Positions 52,488 through 64,000 of a DNA stretch of 64,000 bases are shown piece after piece. Under the pieces are notes generated by a model. That model saw only the letters and a list, made by a program, of their open reading frames with translations. It was not told the origin of the DNA and did no database searches. The DNA is from Paraspadella gotoi (taxonomy: Eukaryota > Animalia > Chaetognatha). The stretch lies in assembly GCA_051294375.1 (NCBI GenBank), contig CM119268.1, positions 6,705,232 to 6,769,231 of the forward strand, written 5' to 3'. Position numbers and translations under genes: made by a program. Within the stretch, counting starts at the first letter, position 1. Every line of letters starts with the position of its first letter.

Positions 52488-53554
52488 CTCCTCTCCACCC
52501 AGGGTTTTTCCCCCCGATATGATGACCAATAAGTGGGTCCTTTTTACGTCAGTAAATAATTCCCTTGTTCATTTGTCCGTGGAGAAGGATGCGATCTCCT
52601 TTTTTTGCCGTAAGTTTCGCTCAAATCCCAACTTTGCCTCAGACTCTCACGCTCTCGCCTGCGACGCTTCAGACAAACGAGAAAGACGACAACGACGAAA
52701 AACAACGATAAAGACGACGACTACGAAACGGATGCCAACAACAACGACGACAAAGACGCGTCCCTTTTCGCATATAAAAAAAAATCTCCGCCCACCGGCC
52801 TCTCTAACCCTAGAAAATAACTAACCCCGGTCCCGCCCCTTTACGAAACGCCCTCCTGCGGCCGAGCGAGGGTTTCGATTCTTGCGTCACTCTCAGTCNN
52901 NNNNNNNNNNNNNNNNNNNNNNNTACCTCTTCCTCCTCCTCTCCTCCTCCTCTCAGAGTCATTGCCCCCTTTATAACCGTCACTGTTACGTCACCCGACC
53001 GTTCCCGCATCCCCTCCCTCGCCCATCTACCACCGAAAAAACGAGAAGGGAAATCGACCCCCCCACGAAGAAAAGAATAGATTTTCACAATAAATTTGTC
53101 TCCTCGTTAAGACGTCGCTCATCTTCGACAACCGATCATCGGCCGCCTAGAGGCGCAAGAATTACGGCCTCGCGTGTACAATCGAATCCGAGAATGTCGT
53201 CTGGGTTTTACGAGCCTCGCCCGCCCCCTTTTACCTCTCTTTTCCTCTCTCTTTACCCTCATCGCCCCCCCCCCCCCTTGTCAACCTGTCTGACGTTTTT
53301 TACGACCCCTGTCTTCTCGCCTCGACGGGCGGGAAAATTAACCGCCCGGGTTTTTTTTTTTGCCAACCTGAGCCGGCCCCCCAACCCTCCCCCCCCTGCG
53401 TACATAAACGCCGTAGACCCGCACCACGATTTTACCCCCCCCTCCCCGGGCGCCGCCTGTCCGACCGCCCCCAGAATTCGAGCTCATATCTCAGAGCTCC
53501 TGAAATTCGAAGCTACCGACCTCCGAGCCAGACTTTGCTCTCTCTCTCTCTCCT

Positions 53555-53637
<83 letters not shown>

Positions 53638-53847
53638 GTTGATTAACTTCCCATAATTCTTCACCGCTGTGATCGTCTGTGATTTTCTGTGACTCAATCC
53701 TGGTCAGACCGACCGACCGACCAAACCCTTTACCCTTTTAATCCATTTTCACTTTCCCCGCTTTTCCAGTCTTTGCTTCACGTGTGATTCACGCACGAAG
53801 GAACTTTCCACTCTTCATCTCCGTGTTGAGAGAGGGTCCGTAAATAC

Positions 53848-53894
<47 letters not shown>

Positions 53895-53905
53895 TCTCTC
53901 TCTCT

Positions 53906-53942
<37 letters not shown>

Positions 53943-54357
53943 CACCCAGGGTTTTTCCCCCCGATATGATGACCAATAAAGTGGGTCTTTATTACGTCAG
54001 TAAATTAATTCCTTTGTTCATTTAGTGCTCCGTCGCGAGAATGGATGCGATCTCCTTTTTTTGCCCGTAAGTTTCGCTCAAATCCCAAACTTGTGCCTCA
54101 GACTCTCACGCTCTCGCCTGCGACGCTTCAGGGACAACACGAAGGAAAGACGAACAACGACGAAAAACAACGATAAGACGACGACTACGAAACGGATGCC
54201 AACAAAACAACGACGACACAAGACGCGTCCCTTTTCGCATATAAAAAAAATCTCCGCCCACCGGCCTCTCCTAACCCTAGAAAATAACTAACCCCGGTCC
54301 CGCCCCTTTACGAAACGCCCTCCATTTGCGGCCGAGCGAGGTTTCGATTCTGCGTCA

Positions 54358-54426
<69 letters not shown>

Positions 54427-57400
54427 CTCTTCTCTCTCTCCTCTCTCTGTCTGGTCGCGTCCTTTCTCGCCGCGCCACGGGCGAGTCTGGTTGGCCTTGA
54501 TCCCCCGGAGAAGAATTTCTAGGGTGGATGGGCAGGTCTGGGTGATTCGTTGGCAGAGGGGCGGGAGGGGGGGAGTGAATAGTAAAAAAAAAAGGACGTT
54601 TAGGTTCATGGTTTTATTTCGGCACCGGAATTTGCAACAATAACGAAAATATAGGACATTCCCGAAGGGAAGGAAGCTCAAGGTTTATAGTTGGAAGTTC
54701 TCAAAAGAAAAGGACGAATAAGTTTTTTTTGTTTTTTTTTTTTGAATTGTCAACAAAGAAAACCTTCCGGTTTTTTTCTGTTGACTGACTAGCAACGACC
54801 TTGAGTGCAATATTACTTTTCCTAAACTTATTACTTACAGTCAAGCAATGTAATTTTCGTTCCACAACCCAGCAAACTGTTTTTTGTTTTTGCTTTGAAG
54901 AAATGTCTTTTCTTAGACAGACAAATAATATATTTCCTTGAGAAAAGAATCTATGTATCTTTTTTGACAGGCTAGCAATGTTTTTTTTTTTATCATGATG
55001 CTGGTTGGCCTCAATGCACTATTTTTTCTATGCCAGACAAGCAATGTCTTTTTTTTTTTTGACAGAAAAAGCTTTTGACTCACTATTAATATTTTTTTCT
55101 CTGTTCTTCAACAGACAAACAATGTCCCACGAACGGCTGCTCTGGAATCCTCAAGCAGCAGCCCTGCAAAGGGCACGGCGGTTATCCAGTCACTCACTTT
55201 TGGAGAACCACCGAACAGGGAATCTACTTTCAAGTAAGTGATCGATAAGGATGATCGTTGGATTCTATTTATGGTTCCTTTTCGTTTTTTAGTTCGAAAT
55301 TAAATTTAATATTTTGGCTCGAGCAATTGTCATGAACATCGTCTGTTGCATAAGTAGCGGCATGAAATTTTGGGACGCACGAAATTATAAATTGTATGGG
55401 ATTTATTTGCTTCATTTACCTCATGAATTAAATTAATTAAACATCTCACACGATTTATTTCATTTCATTTAATTTCCTCGTCACTCCAGTGCAAAGGAAC
55501 TCACGATCACGATCGACCGCTGAAGCCGAAATCTCGTCAGAACCGCGCCCTCAAAACCGCCGCCTCCGTCTCCGCCAAATCGTCCGCATCCTCGGCCGGC
55601 TCCGGCGGCGGCGTCGTCTGTAGCGGCGGCGGCGGCGCCACCGTCGAAACCGCCACCTTCGAACTCAACCGACAGAAACAAAAGATGGAAAGGTTGAAAG
55701 CGACGACGACGAGAAGAGAGAAAATGGTGAGAGCATTGTCATTTTGTTTTTTGTTGTTTTTTGTTTAAAAAAATGTATATATATATATATCGCATTGTTG
55801 GTCGTTTTATTGTTTTTGAGCCGTTATTAAGTCATTGTTCTTTTTCAGTTTTTAATCGTTGCTTCGTCGATTTTTATGAATAATTTTTCAATGTCGTCCG
55901 CCTCGGTTATTATTATCGTTCATACATATAAGTGATGTTATTGTTTTGTTCTTTTTCTCTGTTGTTCTATTTTTTAGTTTTTATTGTTTTTATTGTTTTT
56001 AAAAAAAAAAAAAATTTAGGCGAAGTACCGGGACTAGGGGAAGAGAGAGAGAATGGGGCTTTTTTGTCTCTTTTTAACGTTAACCTCGCCGAAGGTTGAT
56101 GGAAGAGGCTTAACTAAGGGACTTGGCCGCTTTTTAACTTTGATAGAAAGGTTCAAGGTTCAAGGCCAGGTCTGAGACGGACACTTGAAATGTTTAAGAA
56201 AGGCATTTAAGGCTAAGCATCAAACAATATATTTTAAAAACAAACCTTAACCAGTTTTAACTAAAAAGATGAAATGGGCTAAATCTCGGAGGTCAGACGA
56301 CGACAATAGACGCTTAACCAATAACCACATAGTAGTGGTTCATTGCCATCTCCTCTCGCTTTTGGCCTCTCTAGTTTCATGGGTTAAATCCTTTTGTTTT
56401 AAGCGACCTTCGTAACCGTACGCCGTGAGGATTTTGCCCTCTAAGAGAAAGAGAGAGAGAGGAGAGGAGAAGAAGAGAGAGAGAGAGAGAGAGGAGGAGA
56501 GAGGAGAGAGAGAGAGAGATGAAAGAAGTAATAATCGCAGAATGTCCGAGGTTAGTTAAAGCTAGAGTGGGAAGATGTGTAAAAGGGCATAAATTGGAAG
56601 CAGATGAAGAGGGGGAGGGAGATGAGTGATTTGAGAGATGGATGGAGAGAGAGAGAGAGAGAGAGTTTTTTGCGTTCGATTCACAAAGGGCCCTCGGGCG
56701 TTTTCTTTTTTTTTCCAAAACGGGACTCGCCGCTGCGCCTCCTGCTTGAGGAAAATCCTTCTTCTCTCCCTCACTCCCTTTCTCTCTCGTCTGCTCTCGT
56801 CTCATCCTCGTCCGCAATGGTCTCCTCTCTCTCGTTCTCTCGCGGTATCAAAGTGTGTTCGGCCAATTCTCTCTCTTCTCTCTTCTCTCGTCTCTTTCTC
56901 GGTCTTGTTTTTTGCTGACTTTCAGTTTTTTCCGTACTTACTTTTTTTTCGGCTTTGCTCTCTTTCTGTATCTTTTCCAACTTTGTTATTTCTACTTGCA
57001 GTCGCGCGAGCCGTTGAAAAGATGATGAGAGTGACAATGATGACGACGATAGCGACGACGATGACGACGATGGCGACGACTATGAAGACGGTCAGACAAT
57101 TAAAAGGGATTTAAATTTTCTAACGTTTGTCGAAGATTAAAGAAGCGGCTCTTTCGTTTAAAGGATTTACAGACATCGGTTCACTATTGAACGAAATTCT
57201 TCAAAATTTGAAATTAAATATTTTTTATGTATTTCTTTTATTTTAATAATTGTATTTAAGGAAAATCTGTGGACTAGTCTTTACTATCAAACTTATATAT
57301 ACTTTTTTTATAAAGTAAACCAATTACTCAAGAAAAAATATTTAAAAACGTTTTTTACTAATATTTTTAAATGCTACAGACAGAAAGCGATAGACACATT

Positions 57401-58428
57401 TCGTCTAAAACTTAGCACCCGGCCTTTTTCGGCGGTGGAATCGTTTTAATGGGGATTTATTCTTTTAAATTTGACTCGTTCTTTTTTTTCTTTTTTTTAA
57501 TTCGCTCCAAAAAANNNNNNNNNNNNNNNNNNNNNNNNNNNNNNNNNNNNNNNNNNNNNNNNNNNNNNNNNNNNNNNNNNNNNNNNNNNNNNNNNNNNNN
57601 NNNNNNNNNNNNNNNNNNNNNNNNNNNNCTTCTTTTCCTAGTTTCTTTCTGTTTATTTGTTTTGTTTGTTTTGTTTTCCTCCGAAGCTGAAAAAGAATTA
57701 CATCCTCATTAGAAGCATAAAAGGATTCATCCTCTCGATTTCCTCTCCATCGTCGTCGTCGTAGTCGTCGTCGTCGTTGTTTTCCTTATTTTCTTTCGAT
57801 TCCATTCACGATTTCCAGATTTCGGATTCCATTGTCCCCCTCACAAAAAAAAAAGAAAGAAAGAGAGAAACTCGTGAATCCACGCGTGAGGAGGATCACG
57901 AGGTAGGATCACGAGTTAAGGTCACGTGACTCGACCTGTCTCTATACACGTCACGTGATCGCTTCGTCGCGCGCGGGTCAGTTTATCTCCAAAGATTCCA
58001 TCTGCTTTTTCTCATCGCCGTCGGTTGGTCCTTTCATCGGCTCTTCTTTTGAATAGGGATTAAAACATTACTTTTTTATGATTGGATGGTTGTAGTCGGT
58101 CGGTCGGTCGGTCGGTCGTCCGGATAGTTGAACGGATAGATGGATGATAAATTAGCCGAGAGGACTTAACTATCATTTAAGTATGCAATGAATTCAAAAC
58201 AAAATCAAAGTTTCGGCCGTATTTTCTAAAAGCGGCCCATTTCAGTTTAAATTCAGAATTAAGTTAGTTTTTATGGATGAATAAGAGGTTGAGGATTAAG
58301 TTAAAATTAAAAGTTTAAGAAACTGAAACGCTTTTAGATAATAGTGCTAATTATTTTGGGTCTATTTTATATTTTGTCTATTTTCAGTTGGTTTAACGTC
58401 TAAAGTTGGTCTCATCGTGTTGTTTTTG

Positions 58429-58462
<34 letters not shown>

Positions 58463-58853
58463 TTTTATTTTTGTCCGAATTTCGTCGTCCTCATTTTTTT
58501 TGTTATCTTCTATCGTCTCTGTGACATTAGTGATGGTGAATGCGGAAGGAGAGGTTGGGGTGAGGTGAATGAAAGGAAGGAGGTAAGCAAAGAAGGAAGT
58601 GAAAGGAAGAAAGGAAAAAGAAAGGGAGCGTGGATAGAGAATGGAAAGAGATGAGAGAGAGAGAGAGAGAGNNNNNNNNNNNNNNNNNNNNNNNNNNNNN
58701 NNNNNNNNNNNNNNNNNNNNNNNNNNNNNNNNNNNNNNNNNNNNNNNNNNNNNNNNNNNNNNNNNNNNNNNNNNNNNNNNNNNNNNNNNNNNNNNNNNNN
58801 NNNNNNNNNNNNNNNNNNNNNNNNNNNNNNNNNNNNNNNNNNNNNNNNNNNNN

Positions 58854-58892
<39 letters not shown>

Positions 58893-59405
58893 GTTAAGGA
58901 TTTGGGGTGAGGCGAGGTCGCGTCGAACGAAAGGTAAGGAAAATCTCGGAAGGACGATCTATCGCCTCATTTGCATATCACCTGGCAATTTTCTTTTCCA
59001 TGCGTCGACCCTATTTTAAAAATTCAGAAAAACCTTTTCCGTTTTTGGGGACATCATGCTGACAGATATTGTCATCTCGCGCATCTGAAGACAGAAGCTG
59101 GCCAAAGAAATAATTATCGAGTCTTGTTTTTCTTCAATCTGTACAATAATTTAAAAAAAAAAGAGAGAGAGAAAAAAAAATTAAGAAAACGGTTTTTTCT
59201 TTCTTTTTTCTTTCTTTCTTTCTTTTTGCGATCTGTCCGTCTCACTTTTCTAATTTTCCTAATTACATAATTAAATTAATTATAGATTTAAAATTCTGGT
59301 TCCATTGTTTTGAGTCGCCGAAGATTTTTTGACAGAAGAAGAAATGAAGTCGTTTTTGATTCGGAGAATTTGTAACAAAAGGAAAGAAAACACGAGATAA
59401 TAGAG

Positions 59406-59463
<58 letters not shown>

Positions 59464-60856
59464 AAGCCTTTTGAAAGACAAAAATAGAAAAAGACAAAAA
59501 ATATAGAAGAAGAAAAGTGTTAGAATTTGGATTGTAATAATTTTATGAAATTATCTATGACATTTTTTAAAATACTAAAAAAAATCAAGTGGACACCTAA
59601 ACTCCAAAAAGAAAATGAAAGATACAATCGACCATCGAAAAAAAACAAAAGAAAAAACAGTCGATCGTTTGTTTTTGTTTTTTTTCCTTGGCTACAGTTT
59701 CGGGACCCGAAAATATCCATCGCGCGCCCTTTTGTTTTTTCCTCTGTTTTACAGATGGTCAATTTCCATCCTCTTCCTCCTCCTCTTCCTCTTCTTCCCC
59801 ATTGAAGATCATTTTTTTTACGAGTGGCCTCTTGGAATTGTAACGACTAATGAGTTTCCTCCTCCTCCTCCTCCTCCTCCTCCCCGCTTTTTCCTCACCT
59901 TTGACCCAAAAAAACCTGAGAAGCTTTTCGATTGGGGTGGGAGGAGAGAAGACGTTTCAGATTTCAACTGTTCTTTTTTTAATACATTAACATTAAACAA
60001 CCAAACTTTATTTAAGTTTAGACCTTCTGCGTCTAATTTCGTCCCCCGCCTCGTCGGAGGATTAACCCTTCGAAAATAAGACAAAAAAGGGAAGAGGTTT
60101 AAATTGCTTTTGTTGTTCTTCCTTTAAGGTAAGAGGTTTTGAAAGAGCGAGGGATCGAAGCGTCGAAGTCAAAACAAACCCTTACCCTCGACTCCTCAGT
60201 CCTCACCCTTAACGACGACGAATCGGATTCTTTTTTCGACTTTTTAATCCGACGCCACTTTTCGAGCTTCACCCCCCCGCGGTGGAGGGGTGATGAGCTT
60301 TGAACCTGGTTTTGGACGGGGGTTCAAGGATGGTTCTTCTGAGCTTTGAACCTTGGTTGTAAGAGGTGCGAGCATGATCCATATACTTGTGATGGGGCTG
60401 CAGTAATTACGTTTCTTTTACGAGCTTCAACTGTGATAATCGAATTCAAACGATTCCATAATGGGGTTCGAAGTGCAGTAGCGAGCCTTAGACTTTGAGC
60501 CTAAGACTGAGCTGACATCCGATTGGGTTAAAATCGCGCCTCCTACGAGTTTATCCTCTGCCGCCCATTGGGCCAAGATTAAAGCCGTGAAAACCTTTTT
60601 GTGCCTCCTGAGCCTGAATTATAGTTCTCGTCGTCGTCGTCGTCGACGCTGTCAAAAGGTTCGTTGGAAAAGGTGAGTAAAGGAAGGGTAAGTTAATCCT
60701 TTCTTTTATTCGTCGTCGTCTTCGTCGTTTTTCTTTTCGTCATCGTTGTTCATTTTTTATTATCGTATGTAGTCCTCTGTATTTTGTTGTCTCGTAGTTT
60801 GTGGTCTTTGTCATCGACTGACATCGTCGTCGTGATCGCCATTTTAGTTTCTGTCA

Positions 60857-60894
<38 letters not shown>

Positions 60895-63444
60895 TTCCTT
60901 GTATTTTTACAGTCGGCAGGTGAACCACGTTCCTCCTCTCTTCGCGTCAATTGATTCGAAAGGAGAATCGAATAAAAATGAAAAGAAAAATAGAAAATTA
61001 AAAATGAAAAAAAANNNNNNNNNNNNNNNNNNNNNNNNNNNNNNNNNNNNNNNNNNNNNNNNNNNNNNNNNNNNNNNNNNNNNNNNNNNNNNNNNNNNNN
61101 NNNNNNNNNNNNNNNNNNNNNNNNNNNNNNNNNNNNNNNNNNNNNNNNNNNNNNNNNNNNNNNNNNNNNNNNNNNNNNNNNNNNNNNNNNNNNNNNNNNN
61201 NNNNNNNNNNNNNNNNNNNNNNNNNNNNNNNNNNNNNNNNNNNNNNNNNNNNNNNNNNNNNNNNNNNNNNNNNNNNNNNNNNNNNNNNNNNNNNNNNNNN
61301 NNNNNNNNNNNNNNNNNNNNNNNNNNNNNNNNNNNNNNNNNNNNNNNNNNNNNNNNNNNNNNNNNNNNNNNNNNNNNNNNNNNNNNNNNNNNNNNNNNNN
61401 NNNNNNNNNNNNNNNNNNNNNNNNNNNNNNNNNNNNNNNNNNNNNNNNNNNNNNNNNNNNNNNNNNNNNNNNNNNNNNNNNNNNNNNNNNNNNNNNNNNN
61501 NNNNNNNNNNNNNNNNNNNNNNNNNNNNNNNNNNNNNNNNNNNNNNNNNNNNNNNNNNNNNNNNNNNNNNNNNNNNNNNNNNNNNNNNNNNNNNNNNNNN
61601 NNNNNNNNNNNNNNNNNNNNNNNNNNNNNNNNNNNNNNNNNNNNNNNNNNNNNNNNNNNNNNNNNNNNNNNNNNNNNNNNNAAAGATAAGTTCGAAACAA
61701 TGTCAACTAAATTATTTATGTAATTTTTTAACAATAACAATAGTAAATTGTAAAACTTGCTACGCTTTTTGTTTACAAATTGTACAAAAACAAGGAAATA
61801 GATCCACAATCTCGTTTCCTTTCCTTCTTCGCGTATTCGATCGACATCGAAAATTGTTTTCCTCGGGACGCTACACGCATCCTAGATTTCCGTATCGTGG
61901 GTCGTATCTCGAGATTATCTCGTAATTCAGAGCGTATCACGAGGATCGATCGAGGCGTATCATGGCGTAATTTGGGGCGTATCATGGGACGTATCACGGA
62001 TGACTCGTCCCGGCGTCGAAATCGATTATTCGTGTCGCGCGGCGTCGAAAAGACGAAGCGCGTGAAGATAAGATTTTCTCCCGCTGAGCGTCGTCTTCGC
62101 CGCGGGGGCGTTGGGAGGCGATACGACGACGATGACGACGAGGAGGACGATGACGACGACGATGACGACGATGACGACGACGATGACGACGATGACGACG
62201 ACGTTTAATTTCGCGGTCAAAATTGGCATCGAAGATGATATAATTCGCGGGAGACATAACAAATTAATTAAGGGGTCGCGTTGAGTTCTTCGAAGACGAT
62301 AATTAACCCTTGAGACGCATCGTTTAATGGAATAGGGTGGGGCGGGATAAATTTAATTTTATATCGTGGTAAAAAGTAGCTGAAATTTTGACGGTTTCAA
62401 AATGAATCAAAGTCGAGCGAGAAATTATTAATGAAGTAATATGAAAAATTCGGATGGAAGAAAGAGAGAAAGAATGAAAGAAAGAAAGAAAGAAAGAAAG
62501 AAAAAGAAAAGAAAGAAAGAAAGAAAGAAAAGAAAGAAAGAAGCCAATGCAATGTACTCTAGTTGTTGTTGTTAATTACTAAATCATTATAAAATGTCAT
62601 CATTAAATCCTCCTTTTCCTTTTCTTTCCTCCAGCGCAAACGCTCCGCCTCGAAATACGAAGATCCTCGAATCAAGAACTACATCAACCAACTGACGATT
62701 CACAACACCAACATCATCGACTTCTACCAAGTGAACCAAACCAACGTCGCCAACACTCTCAACGTCCACGCCCGCATCAACGCCCCCAACTCCGCCGCCA
62801 GCGCCCACAACGGCGTTCCCCATTGCCCGACGCCGACGGGCATCGCGCCTCATTGCCCGTCCGGCGCGAACTTCGTCGCCAGCCCGACCTCCCCGTCGTC
62901 CCAATCATCTCAAGTACTCTATCAACAGCACGCTCACCTATCGCCCGAGGAGGCGCAGCTTCAGCAGCACCAACAGCGATGCGACAGCAGCAACGCCAGC
63001 AGCTGCAGCAACCACAGCAACATCGCGCTTATCAGTCAGGAGGGCGACCAAGTCATCGACATCGAGTGTCCGCGAATCGGCAACATCGACTTTCAGAGCG
63101 ACTTCTTCGGACCCTTGAACTACGCCAACGCTCCCATGGCGCTCATCGGTCAGTGCCCGACTAGAATGGGCCAATCAGAAACGATGGAGATCGACTTGAC
63201 GGCTTCCTCTACGATGATTGGTCGAGATCCGAGAAGCGTAGCCCAATCACAGAACGAGATGGACTTGGGGTCGGCTTCGTCGACGCTGATTGGTCGAGAT
63301 TCGATGGTCGCGACAGAAGTCGTCGACTCGGACTTGTCGACCCAGAATTGGTTGTTGGCGCCGACGCACGGTGATCTGCCGACGCAGGGGTCCACAACGA
63401 CGGGTTACTGGCTGGGTGGAACCGTGACGCAGACAATCGTCTGA
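46572..63444 (+). CDS. gcm: Glial cells missing (GCM) family transcription factor, ~980 aa, 7 exons
   Basis: Exons 46572-47828, 48268-48522, 50607-~50737, 51139-51260, 55114-55232, 55490-~55726, 62635-63444. GCM domain: [10 protein letters not shown]|[19 protein letters not shown]...[33 protein letters not shown]...[12 protein letters not shown]...[10 protein letters not shown]...[15 protein letters not shown]...[14 protein letters not shown], with the zinc-binding Cys/His pattern intact. Confidence 0.93.
51504..54362. repeat. ~1.4-kb tandem duplication around an N gap in gcm intron 4 (probably an assembly artefact)
   Basis: 51504-52898 and 52924-54362 are colinear near-copies that differ mainly by scattered 1-2 nt indels and are separated by Ns. 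Confidence 0.85.
57870..57962. promoter_or_regulatory. E-box cluster in the last gcm intron (candidate enhancer)
   Basis: GTCACGTGAC (57921-57930), GTCACGTGAT (57950-57959), two GATCACGAG, CTCGTG and CACGCGTG within about 90 nt. Confidence 0.45.
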
Positions 63445-64000
63445 ACCTCAAGAAAATCTCTCGTCCGTTTCACAATAGCGTGACAATCTTTACCGACAGC
63501 TTTTTCCAAAATTAGTGCAATATCATGTTTTGCTATATTTGTTTAGTATATTTTTCTACTTCTTTGGCTTTTAGGTTTTTAGAATAAATATATAGGCGAT
63601 GCGCTCTCCGATTGTAGTTGCTGATAATCTTCAGTTGTGATATGTTTCAAATCTATGGCTTGTATGCGCACATCTTGTCAGTTGTAAATATTTGTCATTA
63701 TGGTGCTATTGATAAATTTTAACATTTATGTGGGGTAATTTAAATTTAACAGATAGCTGTAGCTACTATCGTGGCGTTCAAACAATCTAAAGTGTATTGA
63801 TCTCTTTAATATGTGCAGAATTAACAAGCTGGTCTTGAAATTAGTTTCGTAAAATGTTTAGCAGCATCGCGCTTTGAATATTTCTTACAATAACTTATTT
63901 ATTTTTTAAAAAGCCGAGTATTTCTTTTAGTCAATTAAGAATCAGAACGTTTTAGTAATGTTTAACTTGTTTTTCTTTTGATAAAATAACATGAAACTAT

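Noticed and set aside
60750-61809. 274-318 aa ORFs
   Set aside because: They are open only because they cross a ~670-nt N gap.

Overview
Draft-assembly animal (metazoan) nuclear DNA: AT-rich, with mostly short spliceosomal introns, many (AG)n/(CTTT)n/(GAC)n microsatellites and several N gaps. Manual splicing gives 11 credible protein-coding genes. Minus strand 0.1-8.6 kb holds a tightly packed, co-oriented run PAM16 > MRPL36 > SPATA5/AFG2A > divergent kinase with only about 107-264 nt between CDSs (operon-like). Then come a GCK-III kinase (STK24/25/26 family), an unclassified nuclear protein with a MADS-like segment and a C-terminal bZIP-like basic region, PTTG1IP, HPS1, a 136-aa orphan gene, an atypical visual/beta-type arrestin and a glial cells missing (GCM) transcription factor spanning about 17 kb. 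The most unusual observations are: an arrestin whose polar core (R169 and D297 equivalents) is substituted, which apparently lacks the C-tail and carries a ~190-aa N-terminal extension; the operon-like gene packing; the MADS-like/basic-region protein; a GCM with ~490 aa before its DNA-binding domain; and three perfect TA-N-TA-centred palindromes beside MITE/foldback elements. Exon structures were inferred by eye from splice signals and remembered family motifs. No database search or expression data was available, and the species is not identified.
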